This document shows, piece by piece, positions 12,901 to 28,700 of a stretch of DNA of 64,000 nt. The position numbers and the translations under genes are program-made. The notes under the pieces were generated by a model. The model searched no databases, was not told the origin of the DNA, and was given only the letters and a program-made list of their open reading frames with translations. Every line of letters begins with the position of its first letter. Position 1 is the stretch's first letter. The DNA is from Chrysomallon squamiferum (lineage: Eukaryota > Animalia > Mollusca), in assembly GCA_012295275.1 (NCBI GenBank), contig CM022667.1:22408595-22472594 (forward strand), in the 5' to 3' direction.

Positions 12901-15900
12901 TAGGTAGCTATTTTGGTAACACTGGTGATGCTGATTTATTCTTCAACAGTGTAGGTTGCAGTATTATATTCTGTAATACCAAAGTTATGCTGTTATATTC
13001 TGTAACAAAGGTCTTGTTATATTTTGTTATGCAGTAGTTATACTGATTAATTGTGGTATGCTGTTTCAGAAAAACATGACAAAGAAAAGGAAAAAGAAAA
13101 AGAGAAACAGAGGCAGCTAGAAAAAGAAATGGCAGAGAAAGCTGCCAAAGAGGTAAAAATTACACAAATAATAATAATAAATAAATAAATAATTAAATAA
13201 ATAAATATAATCTTAATATTAAAAAGTGATTTTATCTGTTCATTATCATTTCAAGCTCATATTGAATAATATTTATCATCATGTTTGTTTTTACTCTTTT
13301 TTATTCTTTTTTATTCTTTTTTATGCTATTATATTTAATAAAAATTGCCATAAAATGCAAATTAATATTTTTATAAATTTTTTCTTTAATCTCTTGTAAT
13401 AAAATATTAATAAAGTTTCTTTCTGTATATGAAGGCAGCCATGGCTGCTGCTATGCAGGGAGAGGAAGGGGAGAGCACTGATGCAGATAAAAAGGATGAA
13501 GATGGTATTGGTATTCCTCATCTTCTCATTGACTGTGCAGACAAATCTACTGAACCTGGAGAGAAAATTTTCAATACAGGACGTCTCCCAACAGTAGAAC
13601 AGGTAACTTTTTCATATCTTAAATCAACTCATACCAGACAAATTATTGTGTGAGTATATGTGTTTGTGTTTGTCTGTCTTTGCACATGAGTGCATGAGCA
13701 TACAAGAGAGGGAGAGAGGATTATTACAAAAGTTAAATATTAGTTAAAATTTTCATATTTTCTTATTTTTCAGTTTAAACTATGGGTTAAAGTATTATTA
13801 CGGTTATAATGTTCTATATTTAACAGATTACACCATAACAACTACTAATGACCATTTTACTATTTAATCTAGGTGTTAGATGGACTTGGACTTGGTCCTC
13901 ATGGTCCACCAATCCCACCTCCTGCTGAGTTTGCTGTTGTACCATACCCTGTAAAAAGAAGAGCACCTCCTATCTCTGAGTTTGGAGGAAGATACACATT
14001 TGTAGCTTCATCAATAGATGATCTGTAAGTTAATCACATCATCATTTGTTTTCACTAATTATTATCATTCACTTTATTTGATTTATTTTCTTGTTTCTTG
14101 AAAGTTCTTTTTAAATGAAGTCTGGATTATTTTAATTGGTGTCAGTTGTACTTATCAGCATGGTCAGACTTCTTAGCTCCTTACATCCATAATCATATTT
14201 TAGATCTTTGTTATGATGTTATGACAAACCTTGTTAAACATCTCATAGATTTATGGATGTACTAGCAAACAAACTGAAAGTAACATAGCACCCTACTCAC
14301 TGTCACAATTTATTCACAATTAACAAATCATAGGTACATGTAATCAAGAGCAGATATAGAAATAAACATCAGTCTCTGTGAAATGTCTAGTCAACTGCAA
14401 GCAAAATGCTGGCAAATTGAACTTTTGTTAAAATCCAAAATTAATTTAATATGGGATTCTGAATCTGTACCCAAATTTAAATCAGAAACAGCTGACAAAT
14501 TTGGAATCAGCTTGTCATCAGTATGAGATATTTTAAAGAAAAAGAACAAATATTATTTTGAATATGAAAAGAATGCATGTAGTGGGGAAATGAAATGTGA
14601 AATATCATGCAAACATCTTCTAAAAACCATGTTCTGTTCAAATCAGAAATTTTAAGGTGGTGATCTGGTTGTGTGTGTGTGTGTGTGTGTGTGGATATGT
14701 GCATATATATATATATATATATATATAGATATATAAGTATATGCATGTATATATAAATTCTTATGTAAATGCATATATATATATAAGTATATGCATATGT
14801 ATGGATATGAATAAATGTATACTTACATATATCTGTGTAAATAAATGTATGTGTATGTATGTATATATACATTTACATACATATATACATACATACATAT
14901 ATAGATGTATGTATGTATGTATATACACATGCATACTCACATATACACTCACACACACACACACACGTTTTTTCTGTATATATTTCAGAAATGTTGGGGT
15001 TGAAGAGAAATGTAAAGATGACACTATGGATGAAGAAAAATCAGTAACGCCAGACAAACAAAAGGATGACCACCTGACCCCAACAAAGATCAAAGGTAAA
15101 GCTGCAGACAAACAGAAAACATCAGGGTCTGAGAAGGAGAGGAGAAGGAGTGCAGATCGTAAGAAGATGTCTCGGAGGGGATCAGCACAGGTCCCCTCCC
15201 CTCCACCAGGCATTACCACCCCCACTTCAGATGTTGATGGAATGAGGTAAAGAAAAATACTTTTTTTTTGTCTTTTTTCAGTTAGCTAAGTCTGAATTTT
15301 GAGCATTAGAAGTTATGATAGAATGGGTTTTTTATTTTTATTATTAGTTTTTTTAATTTATTTTTTGGTGTTGGGCTTTTTATTTTGTTTTTCTAATTAA
15401 TAAATCTCATTGAAAAATAACTTAATAATGTTGTAATATTTAAACAACTGAAAGAGAATGTCAGTTAAATACCACATTACCAATTAAAATTACTTAATGT
15501 CAGTGCAGATATAGAAACAAATTATTTAATGTCAATGCTGGTTAAAAATACACTTTATTTGATGTCAATGTAATTCACTATGTGACTTGCAGTTTAGCTG
15601 GTGATGGGCCAGCTCTGACTGAGCCCAGATCTAACAAGTAAGTATACTAGTACACATTCTTTTACTACTTCGTACACTATTCTTTGTCTAACACAGTGAG
15701 CTTTGTCACATATGTGCTAACTGGCTTTGTGATTAATATATCACAAAGCTAAACAACAGACATAATCATAGAAAAATTATAGAAAAATAGATAAATGGTT
15801 AATGATATAATTGAATCATAATTTTAAAAATAATTTATAGCTTACAATATTATGAATTGTATTAAACTATTTCACAATGAAGTAATAAATTAATTTTTGA

Positions 15901-18900
15901 ATGATTAATTACAGCACACTAGCACATATTCTGTGACAAAGATTTGTCAGTATAGTTTTCAAAAATAGTGTTCAGAACAGCAAAAGAATGAATGTATCAT
16001 TGTAGACTTCACTTTCAGTGTTTACATATAATAGTTAGTTCTTGGGCTTATTTTCATATTCATTTTGTCCAATTGTCATTCAGCATTCAAGATTTCATCT
16101 TTATTTTTAACTTCAGATTCAAATCTCATGTTGCCATGGCAACAGAACTTTGTTTATAGACTTAAAATTGTGTCACAGTTCAGCTTCCATAGCTTAGATT
16201 GTTTTGTTTTTAAATTTATTTGATATTAGTTTAGTTCATAATTTGGTTTAAAATTTAAATTTAAATAGCTGTTTATTATGCACAACATATTTCTTAATGG
16301 AAATACTGAAGTTATGTACTAACTTTAAAAAATTGCTAAATCATTTTTTAATTAGTGAAACATCTGTTTTTATTCTGCTTATCCTTACATTAGCAATACA
16401 TTGATTGATTTCATTTTAAATAACATCTCTGCTGCTTGATAATTTTCTAATATATTTGGATTGAAACTGTATTCTTTTCTGCACAATTAATCAACAAATA
16501 TAAAGAGATGTGTCAGTCATTTCAGTCTCCATTATAATTACACAAATGTTTCAAGATAAAAATGTACATTTTCTCCAGGTTAGTTTTCTACAAAAGGAAA
16601 TAGCTTTCTATTTTATACCAACTTCTCAATTTCAGTAGAGTTTAATACCATAAATACTGAAACACAATATACATTTTGTTTAATGTCATATTTTTCCTTT
16701 CTTCTTGTTCTCTTCCAAGAAACTAAAATAGCTAAAAGTTAGCATTATGATAACTATTTAAAAATTAAAATGAAGACAGTCAACAATTTATTAATGTATT
16801 TATTTTTAAATTTGGTTTCTTTATGTTCTCATGTTGCATCCCTTACTGCTTTATTCCAGACCATTCTGTTCAAAAAAGAATTTCAAGTGTCTCAGATATT
16901 TATTATTTTTTATTTTAATTTTATATATAAGAATATTTAATAAGAATATTTATTATAATTTCTTAAATTTATTTAGTTATGTTCTTGTTTTATTATTATT
17001 TTTGTATATGTATATGTATGTATGTGTGTGTTTGTGTGCGTGTGTGTGCATGTGTGTGTTATCATGAATTCAGTTAGTTATTTTATTTTTATTTTATTTT
17101 CTGATTTTCTTTGTTTGACAAATTCATTATAAGAGGATATGTTGATGTATGAGCATTATACTAGCTAGATATCATCATTGCAAAAACTTTAATATGTGTG
17201 AAATTATAATTGGTTGTTTTAACTAAATATTAGACATAAATACAATACATATATATTAAATTTTCAAAAAAGTTAATTACGATTTTATATTAGTAATCTC
17301 ATGGTTACAATTATTATAAATTAACAGTTTATATAATGTAAAGATTAACAGAGGATGAAACAATATACAGCACAGATACATGCATAACTCAAAACATGCA
17401 AATGTATAAACAACAGTATTTTCAGTTTTGTGATTTTTAAACAAATATATATTCATATGCAACAGAAACATATGAAAAGCTTTTCATTTTTCTTTTCATT
17501 TTTATGTTTCTGTAAAGCTACCAAACTTTTGTTAAATATATTTAATTGTATAAATAGAAAAAGAGTTGCTCATATCAAGAGTGGTCTATACTGAAACTGT
17601 CACACCTTTGTTTATTTACAAAAAAAAAGAAAAATAATAATGATAATTTTACCGTGTTTTTTTTTATCTTGGATTTTTAATTTTATTTATTTTTTAATAT
17701 CAAAAACATAGTGTGATAGTTATTAGTTTCTTTGGTCCATGACTATTTATTTTGGCCATATACATTCCCAGTATTTGAATAATTATTCTGTTAAATTTTT
17801 TGGGATACATTGGTTTAAAAAAATAAGTTATACAAATGCTAGAAAGTGGCAGCTAAATAATATTTAAATTACCCTTCAAATAAGAATATTTTCCATTTTT
17901 ATTATTTACAATAAAAATAGAAAAAGAAATTCCTGGTGCAGAAAAATGCAATGCTGATGAAAAATGCTAAAATTGCAATAACTATAATTAATTTGTTCAC
18001 TTAAATAATTGTATTACATTTATCTAAAATAACTAATATTATTCTTTACTGTTTCAAACTAATTAACAATTTATGTCAAGATAACTATTTATTAAATTTC
18101 TTAACAAGATTATGTGCCTTTGCTATTTGTTAAATATAAAATTGAATCTAAAGTTAGTCATTACTTTGGAATAAAATTGTGAAATGTTAGAAAAGATAAA
18201 TAAATCATATAAACAAATGAATGAATGGATAAATAAATAAATAAATTCATAAAGCCAAATATATATAATTATCTGCACTGGATATTAATTTGTTTCATTG
18301 TTCTAAGTGCAAGACATATTTTCTAACTTTTAACTATATTAGTTATTTTCTTTAATAATTATTATTTATTTTCTGTTTTCAGAACTTGATAATCAAGAAT
18401 AATATTTGTCAGAATCAGTTTTTAATAAATTTATCACATATATATTTCTGTTATTTTCTATATTTTTATTTTATTTCATTTTATTATTTTTCTTTATTTT
18501 TGAATTTTTTCTTTATTTTATGTTATTATTATAAAACTAATTTTTTTTCTGTAATTCAGAATTACAATATTCCGGTGGATTGTTCCTGCAAATGGAGAAG
18601 TTGTTCTTCGACTGAAGTTCCATTCTGAGGAACTTGGTCAGTTTGATCAGACTCTGAACTTTGAGATAGTTGGAACAAGGCGACGTTACCAGCTATACTG
18701 TCGAGGAGTCTGTTCCTTTCCTTCTATCAGCAGAGAACCAAGGCATGTATACATTTATTTATTTATTGAGAGAGAGAGAGAGAGTGAGAGTAATAGGTAT
18801 TATTACTAACACACAAACATACACAATTAAAAAAAAGCTTGTAGATGTTTTATCAATTAATTTTAAATATATATATCGCAGTTATGCAGATTTATTTTAA

Positions 18901-21900
18901 AAATTAATAATATATATATTTTTTAATTTATCAAGTTGGATGTGTACGGTTTACTGGTTCATAGCACCTCATACATTACAAACACATTATCAGTATCTTT
19001 ATTTTTGTATTAAATTTGTTTATTGAAACTTATAAAAAAAAAAAACATATTTCAGAAATCTGTTTCATCAATTTTAAAACAACAGGTTTTATTTCAAAGA
19101 ACTAATTGGACAATGTAATGTATTACATGTATGTTTTAAAAAAGTTATTTCTTTCTCTTTTTTCTTCATTTGTTTTATTGCTTTGTATTTTTGTTTGTTT
19201 TGTTTGTTTTTATTTCTTTCTTTTTGTTATTTTACTTGTATTCTTCATTGTTTTTTTTTATGCTTAAGATATAAAACACAGAGGTAGCAACATCATTTAT
19301 TGTTTTTTTAATTAACATTTAGGCACTTTTATATGTATATGAGTGTTTACACACACACACACACACACACATAATTACTGATTATATAAATATGTGTGAG
19401 AGAGAGTTTGTCTGTGTGTGTGTGAGTGTGTGTGTGTGCGCGTCTCTGTTTGAAGGTGTATGTGCATGGAAAGGATTAAATAAAAGTATATTATTAAAAA
19501 CTGAACATTGTTTTCTGACTTAACTAATCTTTATTGATTTATTGAGTTTATCTTTGTTATATTTTTCTCTAATTTTTAAAGTAATTTTCTGTTATTTGTT
19601 CTCTGATTTGTTTTTCTGCAATATTTTTGTAATATAAATTACAGCCTGCTTTCAGTTTAAAAAAGATTGTTGTCAGAAAATTAAACTATTACAAAATATC
19701 GTATTTAATAATAAATAAAACACATATGTAAACACTTACACACAAAAACACACTCCAGTTACAACTTATTTTTCACTATGGTTGTATATCTTTGCACACT
19801 GAATTGTGTAAATGAATTCATGAAATGGTTTTTAATTAATGAAACTATTATCCTTGATTAAACATGAAAAAGATAATCAAATGTGAAATCATCTATTAAT
19901 AAACTCCTCGTAGAAAATGAGAATAAATAATGAATGTGTATGTTTTTAGAATAGTGTTTCCACAACGAAAAAAGAATAAGAAGGATGATGAAATTGTACA
20001 CAAGAAGTACATTCTGATGACTGAGACATTTGAGTTTGGACCTCTCTTGGCTGCCAAGTCCAGAGAGAGGTAAAACAATATAACAAGTTTACAGATTGTA
20101 GTAAACTTTGTGTTTATTAAATTGAAAAATATATATATTTTTTTTAATACAGTGAATATTTCCTTTGTTAAATAATAATAATAATGATGATGATGATGAT
20201 AATTATAAAAAGCAAAAAAAAAAAACAAAAAAAAAACTAATGATAACCAGGACAAGAATGTTATTAATAAACAAAAAAATAAATAAACATATTCTTAATG
20301 AAAAACTCACACTCTTTAATGACAAAATTGAAATAACAGGCATATAAAATGGATAAATAAAATTATTAATTTAAAAAAAATCTTATTATTTTTTCGTTTG
20401 TAGATACCGAGAAGGGCGATACCCTGAAAACATGCAGCAAATAACAATTCTCAACACTTCACCAATGGAAGCAGATGTGAGTTTCTGTTTCCTTACAGAC
20501 AGTAAAGCAGACACATATATACTGGAACCTGCTAACATGGTGCTCAAGCCTGGAGAAATGGAAACGCTGACAGTTTGGGCATATCCCAAAAATCCAGGCC
20601 GCTATGTTGATGCCATAGTCTGTTGTGTGAGAGAAAATCCAGAACCAATTATTTTCAATGTTGCGTGTGATGCTTTCAGACCTTCACTGGAACTTGACAA
20701 GAAACAACTTCATTTTGACAGAGTTCTTCTACACAGGTTAAAAAAGAAAATGAATTTCGGAATTTAAAAATTGGCAGTACAAATATGCCTTAATAAAAGC
20801 AAGAAAAGTTAATTGTGATTATCTTTCACTAGCTGATGCTAACAGAACATTGTATTATTAAAAACCTTTAAACTTTAACATAGAAAAAATATGTAAGCAT
20901 AAAGGATTTTAGACTTAAATTTTGATAGAACTGGCTGATGTAAGTTATTAATATTCATTTATTTAAAATCATCTTCTCTTGGAAAAATGTACTAGATTTA
21001 ATAACAAATATATTTTGTTTAAATTTAGAAAAGACACAAAAACAATATTTCTGAGAAACAGTACCATGTTGCCAGTGGCATGGAAACTGGATGGACTGGA
21101 CAGTCTGGGAGATGATTTCTCTGTGGCAGCAGATTCAGGTGTGGTTGAACCCAAGTCAGAGTTTGCTCTGCATGCCTATTTCAGAGCCATGAAAACTGTT
21201 CAGACCAGCAAGAAAGTCATTAAACTTCAGGTAATATTTTTATATAACTAGGCATATGCCATCTAGTTTCAGCTGTTTTAGATACCCAATAATCTTTCTT
21301 TTGATAAATCCTAGTTAAAACTTATAATGCTTTTGTTAATTGTAGAAATTGTCTCTTAGTTTAGAAAACAAATCAAATATAACATTTGTCATTAATAACA
21401 ACTTTTGAAGAAAATATCATAATATACTAGATATTCCAACATGTAATGAAAAAATATAATTCATTTTATTTATTTTATTATTATTAATTTTTTTTTTTTT
21501 TTTTAATTTTGGCAGGTTTTTGATGCTGAAAATATCATTGGTCTGATGGAACAGGAACCAATCCAAGTAATTGCTGAGGCTTATGATGTTGCACTGGATA
21601 TGAGTTTTCCAAAAGGTAAATTAAATACAACTGCCATTTATAAATTTTATTTTCATGTGTTAAAAACAATTTTTCTCTGTACCTATGCAAACTGATACTA
21701 AAACTATATAATTCACTTTCACGTCTACTACTCCTGCTTAACTGCTATTATAATTACTGTCACTATTTCTTACACCACAATTCAAAAAAGACTTACTGCT
21801 GTTTTGTTTTAGGTGCTGATGGTGGACTTGATTTTGGTACAATACGAGTTTCTGAAGAAACAAAACAGACTTGTACACTGAAAAACAAAGGAAAATATGA

Positions 21901-22312
21901 GATTGCTTACAAGTAAAAACAACATTATAAATAATATTATATAATTAATGTAGTGAGGCTGCATATATAATATAAATATTACAAATATATTGATTAGGAT
22001 ATTGTTTTATTTTTATAATTTAATTTAATATGATTATTTGTTGTTGCTTTCCTTTAATTAATTTGAAAGTTTCATTGTTGTTAATGTATAATGACAAGTG
22101 AGAAGTTACTGAGACATATCCATTCATAAATATTCTTTTCTAACACAGGTTTTAAGAAAAATATGTAATTACAAGTAAACTTATATGCAAAACTACTATT
22201 CTGAACTCATTCAGTACTTAAGAATTAACATGCCACATTAACATCAAATATAAAACTGTTCTTGAATTTACTTTAAAATACATAACTAACTAACTAACTA
22301 AAGAAATAAAGA

Positions 22313-22376
<64 letters not shown>

Positions 22377-22841
22377 CAATAATAAATTAATACCTGTTCT
22401 TAATATCCTATTAATCAATTTTTTTTTTCTTCTGATTTTAGTTTCTTGTTTGAAAATGCAGACCCATCTAATCCTGATGTGACCAGTTTATTTTCTGTCA
22501 TTCCTCAGAAGGGTTCACTCAATCCACTTGACCGACCTACCCAGGTTCAGGTGATTTTCAAGTCACAGAAGGAGATTACAGTCAAAGAACAACCAATCCT
22601 GAAGTGCCAGGTTATTGAACCTGTCCTTGGAGATGGGGGAGAAGTCATTGCTAGCATTCCTGTCAAAGTCTCTGTGAAAGCTGTCTTCAGCAAGTAAGTT
22701 TGAAAAAATATCAGAAATTTAGTAATTTATTATTATTATTATTATTTGGGGGTTTTTGTGTGATTTTATATATAGTAAAATCTGATATTAATTAACTATT
22801 AATTAATTTAAACTGAACAATAATTGGATGTGTATGTGCAA

Positions 22842-22890
<49 letters not shown>

Positions 22891-23237
22891 TGTGTGTGTG
22901 TGTGAGTGCATGTGTGTGAGTATTTGTGTTTGTGTTTATTTAAATCCAATGATATGTTATCTTTTTCTTTTCTTTCTGGAATAACTTACAAATCAAGGAC
23001 AAATTTAATAATGAATATGTAATAAATTGTTGCATGTTTATAGGATTAATGTTATAAGAACATGACTCAGTAACAATTTGATTAGTAATATTTATTATCA
23101 CTGGCCTCTTACACCATTATCTAAAAACTTTGTCAATATTTGTCAAAAAATATAAAAGATTCATTTATCAGTTATTTTCATCATGATTATGATGCTGATA
23201 ATCATCATTATCATCAATCATCATCATCATCATCAAC

Positions 23238-23285
<48 letters not shown>

Positions 23286-25344
23286 ATATCAGAAGGTTTA
23301 CATTAAAATCAAAAATCTGTTTCAGGTACAATATACTGCCAGTGAATGACATAAACTTTGGCTCACTGCTTGCTAACAGTAAGAAGACGAGGCAGTTTGT
23401 GATAGAAAACAAGGGAGAGTTTGACTTCAGATATACCATTTCAAAGAGGCTGAAAGAACCATCACAACAAGCTGTCAATGTCAGATCTATGAGGCCGTAG
23501 GTTTTCACATGTCTTTCAGCAGAAAATTATTTCATTTATAAATATATATATATATATGACAGTAATGCCATAAATAATTGAAAAAAATAAATTTTGACTT
23601 AAAATTCAAACATTGTGGGTAAACTGGCTTGTGAGGAATACATGGTGGAAGAATATACTGTTACCTGGTGTTTGTTTGGGAGAGGTGGCATTGCTGGGTC
23701 CCAGCATATGCTCTTAGGGTACTGTGTGCTTTGTTTAAATCTGCTTCCTCACTTTTGTGTTGGTGTTTCTGTACCTTTTTTTTCTGTACTTTAATTATGT
23801 TCTCCCTTTCATTTTCCTATGGCCTAGTTCTTGTTCTTGATATATGCATAGGGTGTTTTAGGCTAGATAAGTGACTTAAGCTGTGGTAATTCTGACTTGC
23901 ATCGAAAATTGCCTTACGTTAGTCCATAGGAACCTATCTCTGGTGCATCTCAAGGACTCTCTGTTTATATATATATATATATATGTATATATTTCATTGT
24001 TTTTGTTTTGTTTTTTTGTTAAATCTTTTTATATAATAACTTTGTTGTACATATATGGTCATTAGCAATAAATAAAATAACTTTGAAATAACAACAACTG
24101 TTCCTTTATTTCAGAAATTCTGAATATGCATATGTCTGTTATATACGTCTTTATCAATACTTTGTTTTAAAATCCTCTATAATTATTAATAATATTTCTG
24201 TAGTAAACATTGCTGCTTTACTAATTTCATTGTGCACAGCACTGTTTGATATTGCTCTCCAATGTTAAGTAACATATTTATTTTACAAAAGCCATAAAAA
24301 CAAATATGTTTAGATCTTGTTTAAATTAAAATAATTTTTTTTTGAGCATGTGGAGGATTAGTATATAATTATTATAATAACCCTTTATATTTAATTTCTG
24401 TCTATTTTTATTAATCTGAACAGTTTTATTAACTTTTAATCCAAAATTCAAATTTTCTTAAGATTTATCAAAATGAAATGTAAAAATCAGTTTTACATGG
24501 TTCTTATCTTTTCAACTAAATTATAAAAATAACAAAACAAGGAAAAGTTTTTACTTTATAAGCAGAACAAATGGTTGTTTCACATAAAACAGCAAATTCA
24601 TTGGAAATAAAAATATTTATTTATTTATTTTTGTAATGAGTAATCAGCACTTTATATTCATTTCCATACTTTTATCAGTCTCTGTCACAATTCTTGCCAT
24701 TAAGCTTCATTATCTTCATAGGCCAGTCAGGGGTGATAAGCGCACGAAATCCCGAGATGGGTCAAGTTCAGGGCGCTCAGTTGCTAAGCCTAAGCGAGCT
24801 GAATCAATCAGGTATATTATTACTACATCTGATATCATGGGAGAAATATAGACAATTTTCAATTTCCTTTTTTTCCTTTTTCTGTCTGTATTATTATCAT
24901 TTTTGTGAACAAATTCTTAATTTACACTTTAATTGTTATATACTCTTCATTTATATTAAAAATAAACATTGGATTCACTCTTCATTTTTGAATAGTTAAA
25001 ATATTTACATATGTTTACATTATTAACTTACAATAAATTTCCAATTTTGAAACTATGTGTACTCTCAGACTAATGATTAATTTAAAAACAAAAACAAAAA
25101 CAAAACAAAAAAAACTAAAAATATATATGTAATTTTTAATGGTAACTTCAGGACTGTCTTGGTTCAAAAGTATTTCGTCTTACCTGCAGAGTCATCTGGG
25201 TTTTTTTCCTGAATTATTGCACTTTATTTAGTTTTCCTGTTTTACTTCTTTCCTTTATTTTCTTTAGTATATCTACCAACATAATTACATATATATCTGT
25301 ATTTATAATATTGCATAAATATTATATAAATCTCAAATAAAATG

Positions 25345-25375
<31 letters not shown>

Positions 25376-25707
25376 ATGAATCACAAAGATTTTCTAATTA
25401 TGAACTATAAATTTAAAGATATCTTTATGCAACATGAAACCTTTTTTTCAGACAAGATATTGGTACAGGACAGTCAAGGTTGGTGCAGGGAATCTTCACC
25501 ATCTTCCCAGCTTTTGGAATCATTCTTCCTAATGGCCACCAGACCATCACCATTGACTGTGTTGCTGAGCAGCAACAAGGACATTTTGAAGAAGTGAGAA
25601 TTTAATAAATAGTAATATAGCTACAGAGATAATAAAAAATTGAATTAGATTATTATTGCTGCTGTTGTTATTACTATTATTATTATTTACATAGTTATTT
25701 ATTTATT

Positions 25708-25754
<47 letters not shown>

Positions 25755-28700
25755 ATTATATACTTTGGTTATTTGGATCTTATATAATGTTGTTTCTTCT
25801 TTCTTTCTACTTCTGTTTATTACTCAGGTAAGAAATTTAACAATTATTTTATTTCAAGTTTATTTTATTTTACTTTTATTATATCTGATTTATTGATAAT
25901 TAAAAATTATTATTAGCATGTTTATTTTATATGAATAAGTAAATTAATGTTAAATATAATTTAGACATCATTTTTAAAATAAAAATTAGGATATCTCCAT
26001 TGAAATCACTGATCGGCAACCAAATGACAACCGTGGAGGAATTCCATATAAACTGATTGCTGAAGCTTGCATTCCATCCATCAACACTGAAGATGTTGGC
26101 TCCATCTTTGAGGAACATCATGTGGCTAAGAACCTTAGTGTTTGGCAACATCTGAACCTGTTACAGAGTGGAGGCATCTATGGTGAAGAAGAACGTCGCT
26201 TTGTCTTCAACAATGTCATTGTGGGTCGAAAGGCAAAGGCCAGGTTCAAGATTTCCAACACAAACAAAGTTCCCTGTGATGTCGTGTTCACTCTGAAACC
26301 AGTGACTACAAAAGGAACGCCTAAAATGTTGGACATTTTTGAAGTAGAACCAACTCGAGCACAGATCCCCAACCACAGTCACACTTACATCACTGTCACC
26401 TTTACACCTCCATCTATGCAGGTTAATCAGATAATTATTTCTCTATCGGTGTATGTGTTAACTAATTGTTTAACACTAAATAAAAAAATCTTTTCAACTT
26501 TATAAATAAAAAATTATTAAATCTACTGTAGAAATTATTATAATAATGATAATTATCGATATCACCATCATCATGATTATTATTTTTGGTATCATAATCA
26601 CCACTGTCATCATCATCTTCATCATTATTATTATTATTATTATTATAAGAATAAACTTGGCAACTTATTTTGTTAAATGTTGATACTTTGAAATACAGAC
26701 TGTAGTGGTACCTTGACTTATGAGTGCACAAACTTATGAGTTTTCCAAGTTAAGAGCAGTCGCCCAGTCAATTTTTTGAACTTCAGATCTGCTGCCACTA
26801 GTTGGTGCACTGAACAACACAGCATCTCGCCATCATCTCACGTCTCACTTGTTTAGTTCATATGGTTACCTTGCTGTGAAACATCTCTGTTGTATTGTGT
26901 TGTGCACGCATTTTGAGTAGTATTTTTTCAAATTTCTTTTTTCTGACCATGAATCCTAAGAAAGTGAGTGCAGAGGACAGTGTTGAGGAAGAAGTGGATG
27001 ATGTCCATTGAATTAAAGCACGAAATCATAGAAAAACATGAGCAATGTGTATATGTAGTCGACTTGGCTAGGCAGTACAAGAATAGTACTTCTAGGAGAA
27101 GTTCTACAATGTGTACCATACTGAAGCAGGAGTTAATAAAGGCTTTATATAACTCCAGCCAAGTTGTCTGATCTCCAAGATAAATACACTTTACAAAACC
27201 AATTTATTTTGTTACATTCTCTTTTATTTTGTTTTAATACAATATTTGTTATTTAAAAACACATTTTTCTTATTTAAAAACATGTTACAAAACATTGGGG
27301 TGGTTTTTTGGGGCTGGAATGGATTAGTGGTATTTCAATTAATTTCATTTGGGAAAATTGATCTAATACACTAGCAAATTGAGTTATGAGCTCAGTCACG
27401 GAAAAAATTAAACTCATAAATCAAGGTACCACTGTATATTGAAAAATATTTTTTGCAGAAAGTAAAACATTTTGAGCTTTTGCAGTTTGTTTTACTAAGA
27501 GAAGCTGTGAAGAATGGTGTATTAAGTGTACAAGTTATAATATTAAGTTAAATTAACTCATTTCTCCATTTTAGAGTTTCAGTGCTGTTTTTGAGGCTGC
27601 TATTGATGGCATGGCTGCAAACCAGATTCGTGGAAAATCACTAATCTTTGAAGTATCAGGAGAAGGTAACTTGCCACGAATTACAATAGGAAAACCTACC
27701 ATCAGAAACAAGAGAGGACAACCTTTGCTGCTGTTCAAACGAATTTTGATTGGAAGATCACAGTCACTGCCCCTAACTTTACTGAATGAAGGAACACTTC
27801 CCAGCAAGGTTTGTAGTAACAGGCTTTTAAACAGGCATTAAAATAAACATTGAGTATACAAAATTTGCATGTATTAACCTATACATAACCCTGGTTTTAT
27901 CATGTTTACAATTTCCACTGGTGACACTGCTAAAAATACTGTTGCATGAGGTCTTTGGTTAAATTTCACACAAGAAAATGAAATCTGATGTGTCCTGGAA
28001 GTACACATTCAGGTGCCATGATTTTTTCTGGAAAAGAAATTACCATCTATTGAAGGGTATTGTTCTGAACAACATTCCATTCCTTACTTACTGAAACATA
28101 GTAACTAAGCAGTAATTGTAACAATTGTTCTCAACTTATTTTGATGCCTATTTAAATATGTTAATGTAAATATATTCAACTAATAACATATTCAACATAA
28201 TTAGCTAAATATAATTATTTCAGCTGTTCTGAAAAACAAATATATTAATTTGCAGCAAATATTAAGAGTTAAAAATTCATTTAGTGAATAAAATTACTTT
28301 GGTCAGTGGTATGTTCTGTTTGAAAAATGTAATTTTATGAAATATATGCACTGAAATATAAGCTATTTCTATGGATAATTAGCTTTAAAAATCCTATATG
28401 GTTATGTTTGTGATAAACTTTGCAGATCTGTTGCAAAAATCTGTAAATTCATTCCATAATTTCACTCTTTTAACTGTGTTAAATAATTCATTGTTAATTA
28501 TTATCTTACAGAATTTGATATTATTTTGTTTGTATAGGTTGACATTGATTTGATTGACCCAGATGGAGTATTTGTACTGAAACCTACAGGAGAGACAAGC
28601 AGCATCATTGGACTTCTTGATATGGACACTGAAGGTATGACAATACATGCTACTTATCAGTCTTTTTCTTCTTCTTCTTCTTCTTCTTCTTATTATTATT

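Noticed and set aside
23620-24090. GC-richer intronic stretch ending in gcaataaataaaata, possibly a LINE 3' UTR
   Set aside because: No recognisable protein motif or TSD; needs a repeat-library search.
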